A stretch of 63,943 nucleotides of DNA, filler included, from Sandaracinaceae bacterium (lineage in GTDB: Bacteria > Myxococcota_A > Polyangia > Polyangiales > JADJQN01): NCBI GenBank assembly GCA_947483975.1. It is 9 parts of 9 records of this genome, joined end to end, with 100 filler letters (N's around TTAATTAATTAA, not from the genome) between each part and the next. Parts side by side here need not be neighbours in the genome. Positions count along the whole stretch, not along the records: positions 1 to 7,158 come from CANKOL010000276.1; positions 7,259 to 14,397 come from CANKOL010000277.1; 7 more parts are not named here. One strand, 5' to 3'. The translations under genes were made by a program, and so were the position numbers. The notes beneath the pieces were generated by a model. It saw only the letters and a list, made by a program, of their open reading frames with translations. It searched no databases and had not been told where the DNA came from. Positions within the stretch are counted from its first letter, which is position 1. Every line of letters begins with the position of its first letter. Positions 1 to 9,488 of this stretch are shown in pieces.

Positions 1-274
1 CGCCGCGCCTCGCCCGCCCGTGATGGCGGTCCCCGTCCCTGCGTTCGTCCCTCCGACCCCGGCGCCCGCCGTGACGCGCCCCGCCGCCGTCGTGGAAGCC
101 GCGACGAGCGCGATGTCGAGCAAGCTCGCTGGGCTCGGTCTCACGGCGCAGCAAGCCGAAGCCGTGCTCGCGCTGAGCCGCGAGGTGATCGAGCGCGTCG
201 TCTGGGAGGTCGTGCCCGATCTCGCCGAGACGATCATCCGTGAAGAGCTGAAGCGCCTCACCTCCGAGAGCTGA
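1..274 (+). CDS. romR: RomR-family polarity response regulator, C-terminal part (5' end outside window)
   Basis: Pro/Ala-rich linker followed by SREVIERVVWEVVPDLAETIIREELKRL, matching the conserved RomR C-terminal region; lies directly upstream of valS as in myxobacteria. Confidence 0.75.
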   Translation, partial: AAPRPPVMAVPVPAFVPPTPAPAVTRPAAVVEAATSAMSSKLAGLGLTAQQAEAVLALSREVIERVVWEVVPDLAETIIREELKRLTSES

Positions 275-389
275 GCGCACCGCTCGCCCTCGGGTCGATA
301 CGCCGCGCCTCCGAGGCCGCGGCGCTTCGGCGTGAGGCGACTTCGAGGCAGCGTTTCGCGTGCTCGTCCGTGCTACATCAGCGCGCGCC

Positions 390-3197
390 ATGAGCACGAC
401 GGAACCTACCTCCCAGACCCCTCCCAATGACGCCGACGGCGAGATGCCGAAGGCCTACGACCCGCGCGAGACCGAGCCGCGCTGGTACGACGTCTGGGAG
501 AAGAGCGGCCTCTTCCGCGCGACCGGCAAGCCCGGCGATCCCCGCGAGACCTACGTCGTCGCGATCCCGCCGCCGAACGTCACTGGCTCGCTCCACATGG
601 GGCACGCGTGCCGCGTCACGTTCGAGGACGTGCTGATCCGGCACAAGCGCATGGCGGGCTTCGACACGCTGTGGATGCCCGGCATCGATCACGCGGGCAT
701 CGCGACGCAGGTCGTCGTCGAGCGGCTGCTGAAGGCCGAGGGCAAGACGCGCCACGACCTCGGGCGCGCGAAGTTCCTCGAGCGCGTGTGGCAGTGGAAG
801 GAGCAGTCCGGCGACCGCATCCTGATGCAGCAGCGCAAGCTCGGCGCGTCCTGCGACTGGGAGCGCACGCGCTTCACGATGGACGAGGGCTACTCGCGCG
901 CCGTGCGCGAGGTCTTCGTGCGCCTCTACGAAGAGGGGCTGATGTACCGCGCGACGCGGCTCGTGAACTGGGACGTCGAGACGCGCACCGTGCTCTCGGA
1001 TCTCGAGGTCGAGACCGAGGAGAACGTGCAGGGCGAGCTCTTCGAATTCGCCTATCCCGTCGAGGGCGGCGGCGAGGTCGTCGTCGCGACGACGCGCCCC
1101 GAGACGATGCTCGGCGACACCGCCGTCGCGGTGCACCCCGACGACCCGCGCTACTCGCACCTCCACGGCAAGTTCGTCACGCACCCGTTCGCAGAGCGGC
1201 GCGTGCCGGTGATCTGCGACGGCGTGCTCGTCGACATGGCCTTCGGCACCGGCGTCGTGAAGGTGACGCCGGCCCACGATCCCAACGACTTCGCGACGGG
1301 CAAGCGGCACCAGCTGGAAGAGCTGAGCGTCATCGGCCTCGACGGCAAGATGACGGAGGCGTGCGGCGAGTTCGCGGGGCTCGATCGCTTCGCGGCGCGC
1401 AAGGCCGTCAAGGCGCGCCTCGAGGTGCTCGGTCTCGCGCGCGGGAGCAAGCCGCACACGATGACGCTGCCGCGCTCGCAGCGGTCGGGCACGGTCGTCG
1501 AGCCGATGATCTCGACGCAGTGGTTCGTGAAGATGGAGCCGCTCGCGGGCCCGGCGATCGAGGCGGTCGAGCAGGGCCGCGTGCAGATCCTCCCCGAGGA
1601 GTGGACCAAGACCTACTACCACTGGATGCGGAACATCCAGGACTGGTGCGTCTCGCGTCAGCTCTGGTGGGGCCACGAGATCCCTGCGTGGCACTGCGAG
1701 GACTGCGCGCACATCAACGTCGCGCGGACGGCGCCGACGGTCTGCGGCGAGTGTCAGAGCACGAAGCTCGTGCAGGACCCGGACGTGCTCGACACTTGGT
1801 TCTCGAGCGCGCTCTGGCCGTTCGCGACGCTCGGCTGGCCCGACAAGACGCCCGAGCTCGAGCGCTACTACCCGACGTCGGACATGGAGACGGGCTTCGA
1901 CATCCTGTTCTTCTGGGTCGCGCGCATGATCGTGATGGGCCTGCACATCATGGGCGAGGTGCCGTTCCGCCGCGTGCTGCTCGCGGGGCTCGTCACCGAC
2001 GAGCGCGGCGAGAAGATGTCGAAGGTGAAGGGCAACGTCGTCGACCCGATCGACGTGCTCGGCGGCTCGACGCTGGAAGCGCTGCTCGAGAAGGCGACCG
2101 CCGGCGGCGCAAAGCCGTCGGGCCTCGAGTATCTGAAGAAGACGTATCCGGAGGGATTTGCGGCTTACGGCGCAGACGCGCTCCGCATGACGCTGCTGAG
2201 CTACGCGCCCGCGCAGCGCAAGATCGCGCTCTCGATCAAGCGCATCGAGGGCTACCGCAACTTCGCGAACAAGCTCTGGAACGCGACGCGCTACGCGCTC
2301 GGCAAGCTCGAGGGCTCGGGCGCGGTGGCGACGGGGAAGCGCCCCGAGGCGACGGCGCTGGCGAACCGCTGGGTGCTCTCGCGCCTCGACGTCGCCATCG
2401 CCGCGGCGAACCTCGGGCTCGACGAGTACCGCTTCGACGACGCCTCGGGCGCGCTCTACCACTTCGTCTGGGACGAGCTCTGCGACTGGTACCTCGAGCT
2501 CAGCAAGCCGCTCTTGCAGTCCGACGACGCGGCGCTCGTCGCCGAGACGCGCGCGGTGCTCGTGCACGTGCTCGAGACGAGCGTGCGCGCGCTGCACCCG
2601 ATGATGCCGTTCGTCACCGAGGAGCTCTGGTCCCGCCTGCCGAAGGCGCCCGGACACGCGCAGGCGTGCATCGTCGCGCCCTACCCGCAGAGCGGGCTCG
2701 ATGCCGTGCGCGACGAGAGCGCCGAGCGCGAGCTGAGCGAGCTGCAGCAGGTGATCGTCGCGGTGCGCCAGGTGCGCTCGGAGAACGAGGCGTCGCCCGC
2801 GAAGCGCCTCGCCATCACGCTCGAGCCGCCCGACGCCGCCGCGCACACGCTCTGGAGCGCCGGGCTCGCCGGGCTCGCGGGCGCCGTGACGAACAGCGAC
2901 CTCACGCTCGCCGCGACGGGCACCAAGACGGACGCCGCGGTGGACACGGCAGTCGCCGTCGCGGGCGCATACCGCGTGCTCGTGCACGGCGTCGTCGACC
3001 TCGCGAAGGAGAAGGCGCGCCTCGAGCGCGAGGTGACGAAGCTCGACAAGGACCTCGCGTCCATCGCGAAGAAGCTCGACAACGAGGGCTTCATCGCGCG
3101 TGCGCCCGCCGACGTCGTCGAGAAGGAGCGCGCGCGGCGCGCCGAGCTGATCGAGCAGCGCACGCAGCTCGTCGCGGCGCTCGGCAAGCTGGGGTGA
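390..3197 (+). CDS. valS: Valine--tRNA ligase
   Basis: PPPNVTGSLHMGH (HIGH motif), DWCVSRQLWWGH, KMSK motif, C-terminal coiled coil; ATG at 390. Confidence 0.98.
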   Translation: MSTTEPTSQTPPNDADGEMPKAYDPRETEPRWYDVWEKSGLFRATGKPGDPRETYVVAIPPPNVTGSLHMGHACRVTFEDVLIRHKRMAGFDTLWMPGIDHAGIATQVVVERLLKAEGKTRHDLGRAKFLERVWQWKEQSGDRILMQQRKLGASCDWERTRFTMDEGYSRAVREVFVRLYEEGLMYRATRLVNWDVETRTVLSDLEVETEENVQGELFEFAYPVEGGGEVVVATTRPETMLGDTAVAVHPDDPRYSHLHGKFVTHPFAERRVPVICDGVLVDMAFGTGVVKVTPAHDPNDFATGKRHQLEELSVIGLDGKMTEACGEFAGLDRFAARKAVKARLEVLGLARGSKPHTMTLPRSQRSGTVVEPMISTQWFVKMEPLAGPAIEAVEQGRVQILPEEWTKTYYHWMRNIQDWCVSRQLWWGHEIPAWHCEDCAHINVARTAPTVCGECQSTKLVQDPDVLDTWFSSALWPFATLGWPDKTPELERYYPTSDMETGFDILFFWVARMIVMGLHIMGEVPFRRVLLAGLVTDERGEKMSKVKGNVVDPIDVLGGSTLEALLEKATAGGAKPSGLEYLKKTYPEGFAAYGADALRMTLLSYAPAQRKIALSIKRIEGYRNFANKLWNATRYALGKLEGSGAVATGKRPEATALANRWVLSRLDVAIAAANLGLDEYRFDDASGALYHFVWDELCDWYLELSKPLLQSDDAALVAETRAVLVHVLETSVRALHPMMPFVTEELWSRLPKAPGHAQACIVAPYPQSGLDAVRDESAERELSELQQVIVAVRQVRSENEASPAKRLAITLEPPDAAAHTLWSAGLAGLAGAVTNSDLTLAATGTKTDAAVDTAVAVAGAYRVLVHGVVDLAKEKARLEREVTKLDKDLASIAKKLDNEGFIARAPADVVEKERARRAELIEQRTQLVAALGKLG

Positions 3198-3267
3198 GCG
3201 CGGCGGCGGGGCTGCGCGAGCGGGCGCAGGGCGCGAGACGAAGGGAGGCTGCGGGAGTCTGCGCCGC

Positions 3268-3442
3268 CCCTGCGTCACCGCGCCTCCCGTCCCCCTCGCC
3301 CACTTGCGGGAGAGCGCCGGGGAGAGGGCCGCGAGACTGCGCGACTCCCTGCGTGACCGCGCCTCCCGTCCCCCTCGCCCGCTCGCGGGAGAGCGCCGGG
3401 GAGAGGGCCGCGAGACTGCGCGACTCCCTGCGTGACCGCGCC
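3268..3442. repeat. 79-bp tandem repeat (about 2.2 copies) containing a REP-like palindrome
   Basis: Units start at 3268, 3347 and 3426; core CCCCTCGCCC(A/G)CT(T/C)GCGGGAGAG...GGGGAGAGGG. Confidence 0.85.
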
Positions 3443-4111
3443 GGACGGGGGACGTGCTCGACACCCGTGGCGCCTCCACTCGCGAGGCTCTGCGCGACCG
3501 TGATCGCGCGTGATGCGCGGGTGTCGCTCGTCGAGCGCACGGGCGCTGCGCTCGTCCCCCGCCCGTCTCTGATGGAGGCGATTTCGGGGAGCGCGCAGAC
3601 GACGACCCGCTCGCGCTCGAGCATGACGACGCCGGCGACCGGCGGGGATGGCGTGCCGGTCACCCACCGAGTCGAGACGCGCGCACACACGATGCCGAGC
3701 GAAGTGACGCTCCGAGCAGACGACGTACGCCCTGCGCCAGCGAACGTGCGCGTGACGAGCCGCGAGGGACGCCCGACGTTCGCGTGGGACGGTCCGCTTT
3801 TGCCGCGCAGTTGATGGACGGCATTGTCCGACTGACGAGTGTGTCGGGCGCGTTCTGAGCCCGGAGGCGCTCGCGGTTCGGAGGTCCTACGCCCTGCTAC
3901 CTCTACCCCACGGACTGCGTCGACGATGGGTTCAGCCAGTGCGCCGCCTTCCACTGCCGTGCGCGCAGGGGCGGGCGCTCGCCGCAGCGAATCTTCGTCA
4001 GGCGCGCTTCGGTCTGTGTCGCGCGAACACACGCGAGGAGACGGGACCCGTCCCGGGCACGCGGTCCGCCCGTCGCGCGCCGCGCGTCGCGCCCCTCCGC
4101 CCTGCGCGCCA

Positions 4112-4402
4112 GCCTTGCTGGCAAGCCGCTCGCATTCGCCTCCAATCCCGCCCGCCTTGCTGGCAAGCCGCACGTATTCGTCGCCAATCGCGCCGCCTTG
4201 CTGGCAAGCCTCTGCGCATTGAAATCCAATCGCGCCGCCTTGCTGGCAAGCCTCTGCGCATTGAAATCCAATCGCGGCGCCTTGCCAGCAAGCCCCTGCG
4301 CATTGAAATCCAATCGCGGCGCCTTGCCAGCAAGCCCCTGCGCATTGAAATCCAATCGCGGCGCCTTGCCAGCAAGCATCGTGCCTTCGTTTCCAATCGC
4401 GG
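4112..4402. repeat. 42-bp palindromic tandem array, 7 units
   Basis: Units at 4112, 4154, 4195, 4237, 4279, 4321, 4363; consensus GCCTTGCTGGCAAGCCTCTGCGCATTGAAATCCAATCGCGCC. Confidence 0.92.
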
Positions 4403-4619
4403 TCATTGGACGGCCAACGTGAGCACCCTCGATGTGACCTCCGGTGTCCCTGAATTTTGCGATGTCGCGCTCACCAAGAGGTGAGCCTGGAAACGGTCGC
4501 GCCGATTCGCAGCACGGCGATCTCCCGCATCTCGGCGGCAACTCCTCGAGATCTCAGAGAGGTGCTCTCCGACGCGAGACGCGGGGCGCGACGGACCGGC
4601 GCCGTGGCAGACTCGCCCC

Positions 4620-5378
4620 ATGCCCCCGCCCTCCCGCGCCGTGCTCGTCGCGCTCGTCGTAGCGCTCTCGGCGGCGCTGCTCGGCTGCGCGGCGTCGCAC
4701 GCGCGGGTGGACGCCGATGCATCGACGCGGGTCGACGCGGCGGGCCCCGCGGACCTCGGGAGTCCTGTGTTCGACGCGGACGTCTGCGCGCCGCAGGAGG
4801 GCACGCTCACCGTGTCGATCGTGGCCGTCACGCACGACGTCGCGCGCTGCGACTTCACGAGCTTCGACGGGGCGATGCTGCTCGACCTCCGCAATGAGGG
4901 CGTGGGTCCGGACACGGTCGTCGTGTCGCTCGATCTCTGCCCGCTCGCGGACGCCGACTGCCGCTGCGACGTGCGCGTGACGGCGCCCAACTTCGCGCAT
5001 CGCTTCCATGGGCGCGCGGGTCACGCGTTCACGACGGGCGTACCCGTCCACGGCAGCGTCGGGCCTGCGCACTTCGGCTTCGCGGGGGCGCCTTCGGACG
5101 CGTTCCCCTCGGGCGAGGTCTTCTACGTCGTCGAGTCCGAGCCCGCGACCGCGCCGGCGGCGCCCGTGCCCGCGTGGTTCTTGACGCATCCCGCGTTCTG
5201 CACCGGCGGCCCTGCCCCGTGCGGCTGGTCGCGGCACGCCGTGTCCGGGATGACGTCGTTCGGCTCGATCGGCGACGAGGTCGGCGTGCTGCGCGACACG
5301 AGCTTCGGCTGCAGCGAGACGCTCCGCGCGAGCTCGCTGCTCTTCGTGTGGCTGGCGTCGCCGGTGAACGCTGGCTGA
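4620..5378 (+). CDS. Hypothetical lipoprotein
   Basis: Hydrophobic signal ending in lipobox LLGC; DAG/DA-rich linker; several Cys. Confidence 0.6.
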   Translation: MPPPSRAVLVALVVALSAALLGCAASHARVDADASTRVDAAGPADLGSPVFDADVCAPQEGTLTVSIVAVTHDVARCDFTSFDGAMLLDLRNEGVGPDTVVVSLDLCPLADADCRCDVRVTAPNFAHRFHGRAGHAFTTGVPVHGSVGPAHFGFAGAPSDAFPSGEVFYVVESEPATAPAAPVPAWFLTHPAFCTGGPAPCGWSRHAVSGMTSFGSIGDEVGVLRDTSFGCSETLRASSLLFVWLASPVNAG

Positions 5379-5415
5379 GGGCGACGGGCTGCGTCGGGAG
5401 GCGTGCGGAGCATTC

Positions 5416-5435
5416 TTACCGGCCGTGGTAATACT
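5416..5435 (+). promoter_or_regulatory. Probable TA operator and -10 region
   Basis: Inverted repeat TTACC-N6-GGTAA overlapping TAATACT just upstream of the antitoxin ATG. Confidence 0.45.
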
Positions 5436-5441
5436 CGTCGC

Positions 5442-5684
5442 ATGCGCATCACCACGAAGGGGCAGGTCACGATCCCGCAGGAGGTCCGCGAGAAGCTCGG
5501 CCTCCTCCCCAACACCGAGGTGACCTTCCGCGTCGTCGGGGGCGAGGCGCGTCTCCGCAAGGCCGGCCCCGCGGACAAGCGCGCGTCGAGAGGCGCTGGC
5601 GTCGTCGCCCGCCTGCGCAGCGCGGCCCCATCGAACGCGCTGACGACCGACGAGATCATGGCGCTCATGCGCGGCAAGCCGTGA
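5442..5684 (+). CDS. AbrB/MazE/SpoVT-family antitoxin
   Basis: MRITTKGQVTIPQEVREKLGL signature; GTGA overlap with the PIN toxin. Confidence 0.9.
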   Translation: MRITTKGQVTIPQEVREKLGLLPNTEVTFRVVGGEARLRKAGPADKRASRGAGVVARLRSAAPSNALTTDEIMALMRGKP

Positions 5685-6082
5685 AGACGCTCGTCGACAC
5701 GAACGTCCTGCTCGACATCATCACGCAGGACCCGAAGTGGTGCGCCTGGTCGGAGGACGCGCTCCACGAGGCGGCCGAGCGCTCGACCCTCGTCATCAAC
5801 CCGTTCGTGTTCGCCGAGGTGAGTATGAAATTCGATCGCATCGAGGACGCGAACGCGGTCCTCATGGACTTCACGCGCGAGCCGCTGCCCTTCGAGGCCG
5901 GCTTTCTCGTGGGCAAAGCCTTCCTCGCGTACAGGCGCCGCGGCGGCACGAAGCGCTCGCCCATGCCGGACCTCTACGTCGGGGCGCACGCCGCGGTCGC
6001 TCGGATGACGCTGCTGACGCGCGAAGCCGCGCGCTACCGCACGTACTTCCCAGCGCTGACGCTCGTCGCGCCGAGCCCATAG
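5681..6082 (+). CDS. vapC: VapC-family PIN-domain toxin
   Basis: LVDTNVLLD, PDLYVGAHAA and LLTR PIN motifs. Confidence 0.9.
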   Translation: MKTLVDTNVLLDIITQDPKWCAWSEDALHEAAERSTLVINPFVFAEVSMKFDRIEDANAVLMDFTREPLPFEAGFLVGKAFLAYRRRGGTKRSPMPDLYVGAHAAVARMTLLTREAARYRTYFPALTLVAPSP

Positions 6083-6205
6083 CGCTGCGGAGATGGTGCC
6101 CGAGACACATGAGCGGAGAGCGCCGTCGCGGAGCGCGTTATTTGCCTCATTCACGCAGCGGCCCCCACGCCCCAGGCACTCCCGCACCGAGGAAACGCAC
6201 CACCG

Positions 6206-6649
6206 ATGACCGACGAGCCCAGTACCTCCCCACCCGACGCCGCGGCCTCGGCGGCCCCGCCGCGCTACTTCCATGGGACCCGCGCCGACCTGCGGCCCGG
6301 TGACCTGATCGAACCCGGCCGTCGGTCCAACTACGGCGCGCGCAGGCAGGCGAACCACGTCTACCTGACGGCGACCCTGGACGCGGCCGTGTGGGGCGCG
6401 GAGCTAGCCGTCGGCGAGGGTCCCGGCAGGCTCTACGTCGTCGAGCCGACAGGGCCCTTCGAGGACGATCCCAACCTCACGGACAAGAAGTTCCCAGGCA
6501 ACCCGACGAGGTCGTTTCGGTCGAAGGCACCGCTGCGTGTCGCGGGCGAGATCACGATCTGGCAGGGGCACGCGCCCGAGGTGCTGCAAGCGATGAAGGA
6601 CCACCTCGAGCGCCTCCGAGCGATGGGCGTCGAGGCGATCGACGACTGA
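6206..6649 (+). CDS. arr: NAD(+)--rifampin ADP-ribosyltransferase
   Basis: FHGTRADL, HVYLTATLDAAVWGAELA and EDDPNLTDKKFPGNPTRS motifs. Confidence 0.95.
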   Translation: MTDEPSTSPPDAAASAAPPRYFHGTRADLRPGDLIEPGRRSNYGARRQANHVYLTATLDAAVWGAELAVGEGPGRLYVVEPTGPFEDDPNLTDKKFPGNPTRSFRSKAPLRVAGEITIWQGHAPEVLQAMKDHLERLRAMGVEAIDD

Positions 6650-6713
6650 GCGGCGAGCGCACGCCTGAATGGCCCGGCGCCTCGTGGAGCCTGCCCGAGA
6701 GCAAGCTCGCCCT

Positions 6714-6900
6714 CCGTGGTAAGGAACCTCGCGTGCGCATCATCCCCAAAGGCCAGCTCACGTTCCCGCAGGAGGAACTCGGCCTCGTTCCCAGGACCGA
6801 GGTGAGGTCCCTGGACGTCCGGGGCGACGCGCGCCTCCACGAGACGGCGCCCGCGGACGAGCGCCCGTCGCGGAGCGCTGACGTCGTCGCACGCCCGCAG
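6714..6900 (+). pseudogene. Degenerate duplicate of the AbrB-type antitoxin gene at 5442
   Basis: Reads VRIIPKGQLTFPQE-ELGLVPRTEV...ADERPSRSADVVAR, colinear with MRITTKGQVTIPQEVREKLGLLPNTEV...ADKRASRGAGVVAR; upstream CCGTGGTAA is also shared. Confidence 0.75.
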
Positions 6901-6981
6901 GCTGTGACCACGACCGTGAGCGCGACTCCTCCGACGCGTCAAGCGGCAGGCACGGCGCGCGGGCAAGCGTCACGTGCAACG

Positions 6982-7158
6982 ATGATGGCTCGCGTACCGC
7001 GGGCGACGTCTGCGGCCACGGCAGCGCCTGCGCGAGCCAACACGCGCCCGATCGACGAGCGCATCCCCGACGCGCGCGACGGGCTCACGCGCCTCGAGCG
7101 CGTCGTGCTCTGGCAGCTCAGCGAGTTCGAGAAGGAGCGCCCCGGGCGCGACGTCAGC
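6982..7158 (+). CDS. Hypothetical protein with GyrA/ParC N-terminal-like motif (truncated by contig end)
   Basis: IPDARDGLTRLERVVL resembles the LPDVRDGLKPVHRRIL motif. Confidence 0.45.
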
Positions 7159-7258
7159 NNNNNNNNNNNNNNNNNNNNNNNNNNNNNNNNNNNNNNNNNN
7201 NNTTAATTAATTAANNNNNNNNNNNNNNNNNNNNNNNNNNNNNNNNNNNNNNNNNNNN
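7159..7258. other. Artificial contig linker
   Basis: N-run, TTAATTAATTAA (stops in all six frames), N-run; 100 bp. Confidence 0.99.
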
Positions 7259-7361
7259 ACTTCGCCGACTCGTTCATCACGATGCGTCTCGCCTTCGCGC
7301 GCGCCATCGCACGGTGGCTCCCGCGCTGTCCCTTCTGCCACTCACACCACTTGCCACGACC

Positions 7362-7640
7362 TCACGCGGAGCCTCGTGGTGGGTGAACTCGTCGCAGTAG
7401 TGTTAGGTTGTACGTCAGCGGCGTCGTGTTTGGGTGAAGGGTGAAGTCGATGCGATCGGAGACGTGATCCGTCCAGGTCGGCGACTGCACCGAGTTGCAC
7501 TCGGCGGAGAACGAGCCGGTCAGCGCGGTGAAGGTGAGCGTCCGCCTCGCGGAGCCCGCGTCCGGTGACGCGCTCGGGTTGGGGTTCGTCGGTGTGCAGG
7601 AGACGAGCATGAAGAGCGAACAAACGAGCAGGAAGCGCAT
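7362..7640 (-). CDS. Small putative lipoprotein
   Basis: MRFLLVCSLFMLVSC signal/lipobox followed by a PDAG linker. Confidence 0.4.
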   Translation of the reverse strand: MRFLLVCSLFMLVSCTPTNPNPSASPDAGSARRTLTFTALTGSFSAECNSVQSPTWTDHVSDRIDFTLHPNTTPLTYNLTLLRRVHPPRGSA

Positions 7641-7973
7641 CGCCTCCGCTACCACGCGCCGCTCGCGCCCTCGCTGGCGGAATCTCCCGGTGCAACACCT
7701 CCGCGCGCCGCAGGCTCAAGTGGCTCTCGGGCTCCGCCTCGACGCGCGCCGTGTCCTCGGCGTTGTATGGCTGCGATTGCGCAGGGGCGAGTAGCTGTCT
7801 CAGGCGACGTTGGCACAGAGGGGGAGGGCGACCGGAGCACCGCGCCTAAGCTCACGTGGAAGGTCGTCTTCATCGACCTCGCGCTTCTCCGGTCGCAGGC
7901 GGCCGGCTCCTCGCGAGACGCCCTCGCCGTCGTGTACGCGGCACGGCGCGAACGCGCTCCGCGCGGCGAGCGC

Positions 7974-8393
7974 TCAGTGTTTGCCGAGGCGCGCGTCGAT
8001 CGATGCGAGGCCGCCGCCGCGCGCCGCGATCAGCAGGAAGAGGAAGCAGTAGAGCACCGCGGACTCGCCTTGATTGAGGACCGGAATCCACATCGCGTCG
8101 GCGAACACGAGCTTCCAATGGAACTGGAAGTAGGCGACGGCCATCATGCCGGAGCACAGGAACGCCGCGGGTCGCGTGAGGAGTCCGAGGGCGATCAGCA
8201 GTCCGCCGAAGAGCTCGATCAGCCCGCCGATCCAGACCTGCGAGCCGAGCACCGCGGCGTGCGGTCCAGCGTGCCAGCCGATGATCTTCTGCTGGCCGTG
8301 GAACGCGAAGAGCAGCCCCGCGATGACGCGCAGCGCCGCGTAGACGTGGGGCTCTGCGCGAGTGGCGAACTTCGTGATGGCGGCCGTGTTCAT
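7974..8393 (-). CDS. DoxX-family membrane protein
   Basis: LRVIAGLLFAFHGQQK, IELFGGLLIALGLLTRPAAF and MAVAYF motifs. Confidence 0.9.
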   Translation of the reverse strand: MNTAAITKFATRAEPHVYAALRVIAGLLFAFHGQQKIIGWHAGPHAAVLGSQVWIGGLIELFGGLLIALGLLTRPAAFLCSGMMAVAYFQFHWKLVFADAMWIPVLNQGESAVLYCFLFLLIAARGGGLASIDARLGKH

Positions 8394-8834
8394 GCGCTGC
8401 TCCTGGCCGACGACAGGCGCGGCTTCTCACTCCCTGGCGCGGAATCCCCCGCGCGCAAGCCTCGACTGCTTCGCCGCGCGGGTCGCGGTCGTGCCCGGTC
8501 GCGCGACGGGCAGCGCAGCACCGCGGCCACCTTCAGTCACCCGCGCGCGCTCGAGGAGGCGCGCGCCCTTCGCCTGGAGGCCGAGCTGTCCACGCTGCGG
8601 GGGCGCCTCGAGTCGGACTTCCTCCTCAGCTCATGCCGGGCGCCGTCGAAGGTCCCGTGGCGAGGCTCGAGCTCCCCCGCCCGACGCGCGGCGCGTAGGG
8701 CAGCGACGCCACGCGCGCGCGCCCGAACTCCTGGGGTCGCCGCTGCTCCACCATCCGAGCGATGAGCCTACGCAGCTCCGCCGACTCGAAGGGCTCGCCG
8801 AGCTGGCGGTTCTCCGCGCAAGGCCTCCGAACTC

Positions 8835-9488
8835 TCAGCTGGTTTTCCCCGGGAGGACGCTCGTCGCCCCGGCCGCGCCCTGCGCCGCCTGCCATTCGCG
8901 CAGGCTGTAGCGGTAGCTATAGGACAACATCAGGAAGGCGAGCAGCCAAGTGACGCCCGCCCAGACGAGCGCGTTTCGCAGCAGGACCTTCGGCGTGGTC
9001 GTCGCGATCACCAGCACCTCGGGCGCCAGCTTCACTCCGGCCTCCTCGAGGATGGAGCGATGTGAACTCGACAGTCCCTCCCACAACACGTCCCGGGTCA
9101 CCCCGTCGAAGGTCTGCATCCCTTCAAAGTGGTTGATCGCCTCGCCCATGCCCTGCGGCCGCACGAGCACCGCGACCGGTGCCTCTGGCGTCGCCCGCGA
9201 CACCACCGGGATGTAGACGTCCGTGTCGACGCTGACCCCGCGCTGCGTGGTCTCGATAGACACTCCGTTCCGCGCGTCGACGAACCCGGTCAGCCGCAAA
9301 TAGTGCCCTGGAGGTCGATGGCCGGCGGCGAGTTCCTCCACCGTCACAGGAAGGGGGAGCCCATCAGCGGCGTGCCAGTAGTTGTTGAGGAAGAAGAGGC
9401 TCACCACGAAGGTCAGCCAGAGCGGCATCACGACGAGAAACGTGAGCTTCTTCGGGCGTTCGATGGGAGTCGGAGGCGGAGGAGGCAT
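8835..9488 (-). CDS. Hypothetical membrane protein (two TM segments flanking a soluble domain)
   Basis: N- and C-terminal hydrophobic stretches; plausible amino-acid composition. Confidence 0.6.
   Translation of the reverse strand: MPPPPPTPIERPKKLTFLVVMPLWLTFVVSLFFLNNYWHAADGLPLPVTVEELAAGHRPPGHYLRLTGFVDARNGVSIETTQRGVSVDTDVYIPVVSRATPEAPVAVLVRPQGMGEAINHFEGMQTFDGVTRDVLWEGLSSSHRSILEEAGVKLAPEVLVIATTTPKVLLRNALVWAGVTWLLAFLMLSYSYRYSLREWQAAQGAAGATSVLPGKTS

Noticed and set aside
378..3814. Very long alternative-frame ORFs (also 14582-17569, 17259-19865, 50543-53848 and others)
   Set aside because: Arg/Ala-rich shadow ORFs expected at high GC, overlapping well-supported genes.
4112..4402. CRISPR array (palindromic repeat containing ATTGAAA)
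   Set aside because: Units abut with no unique spacers, and no cas genes are present.
3903..4541. Repeat proteins (RLDFNAQ.., RRDWISM.., RIEIQS..)
   Set aside because: Open in several frames on both strands only because of the 42-bp DNA repeat; no coding signal.
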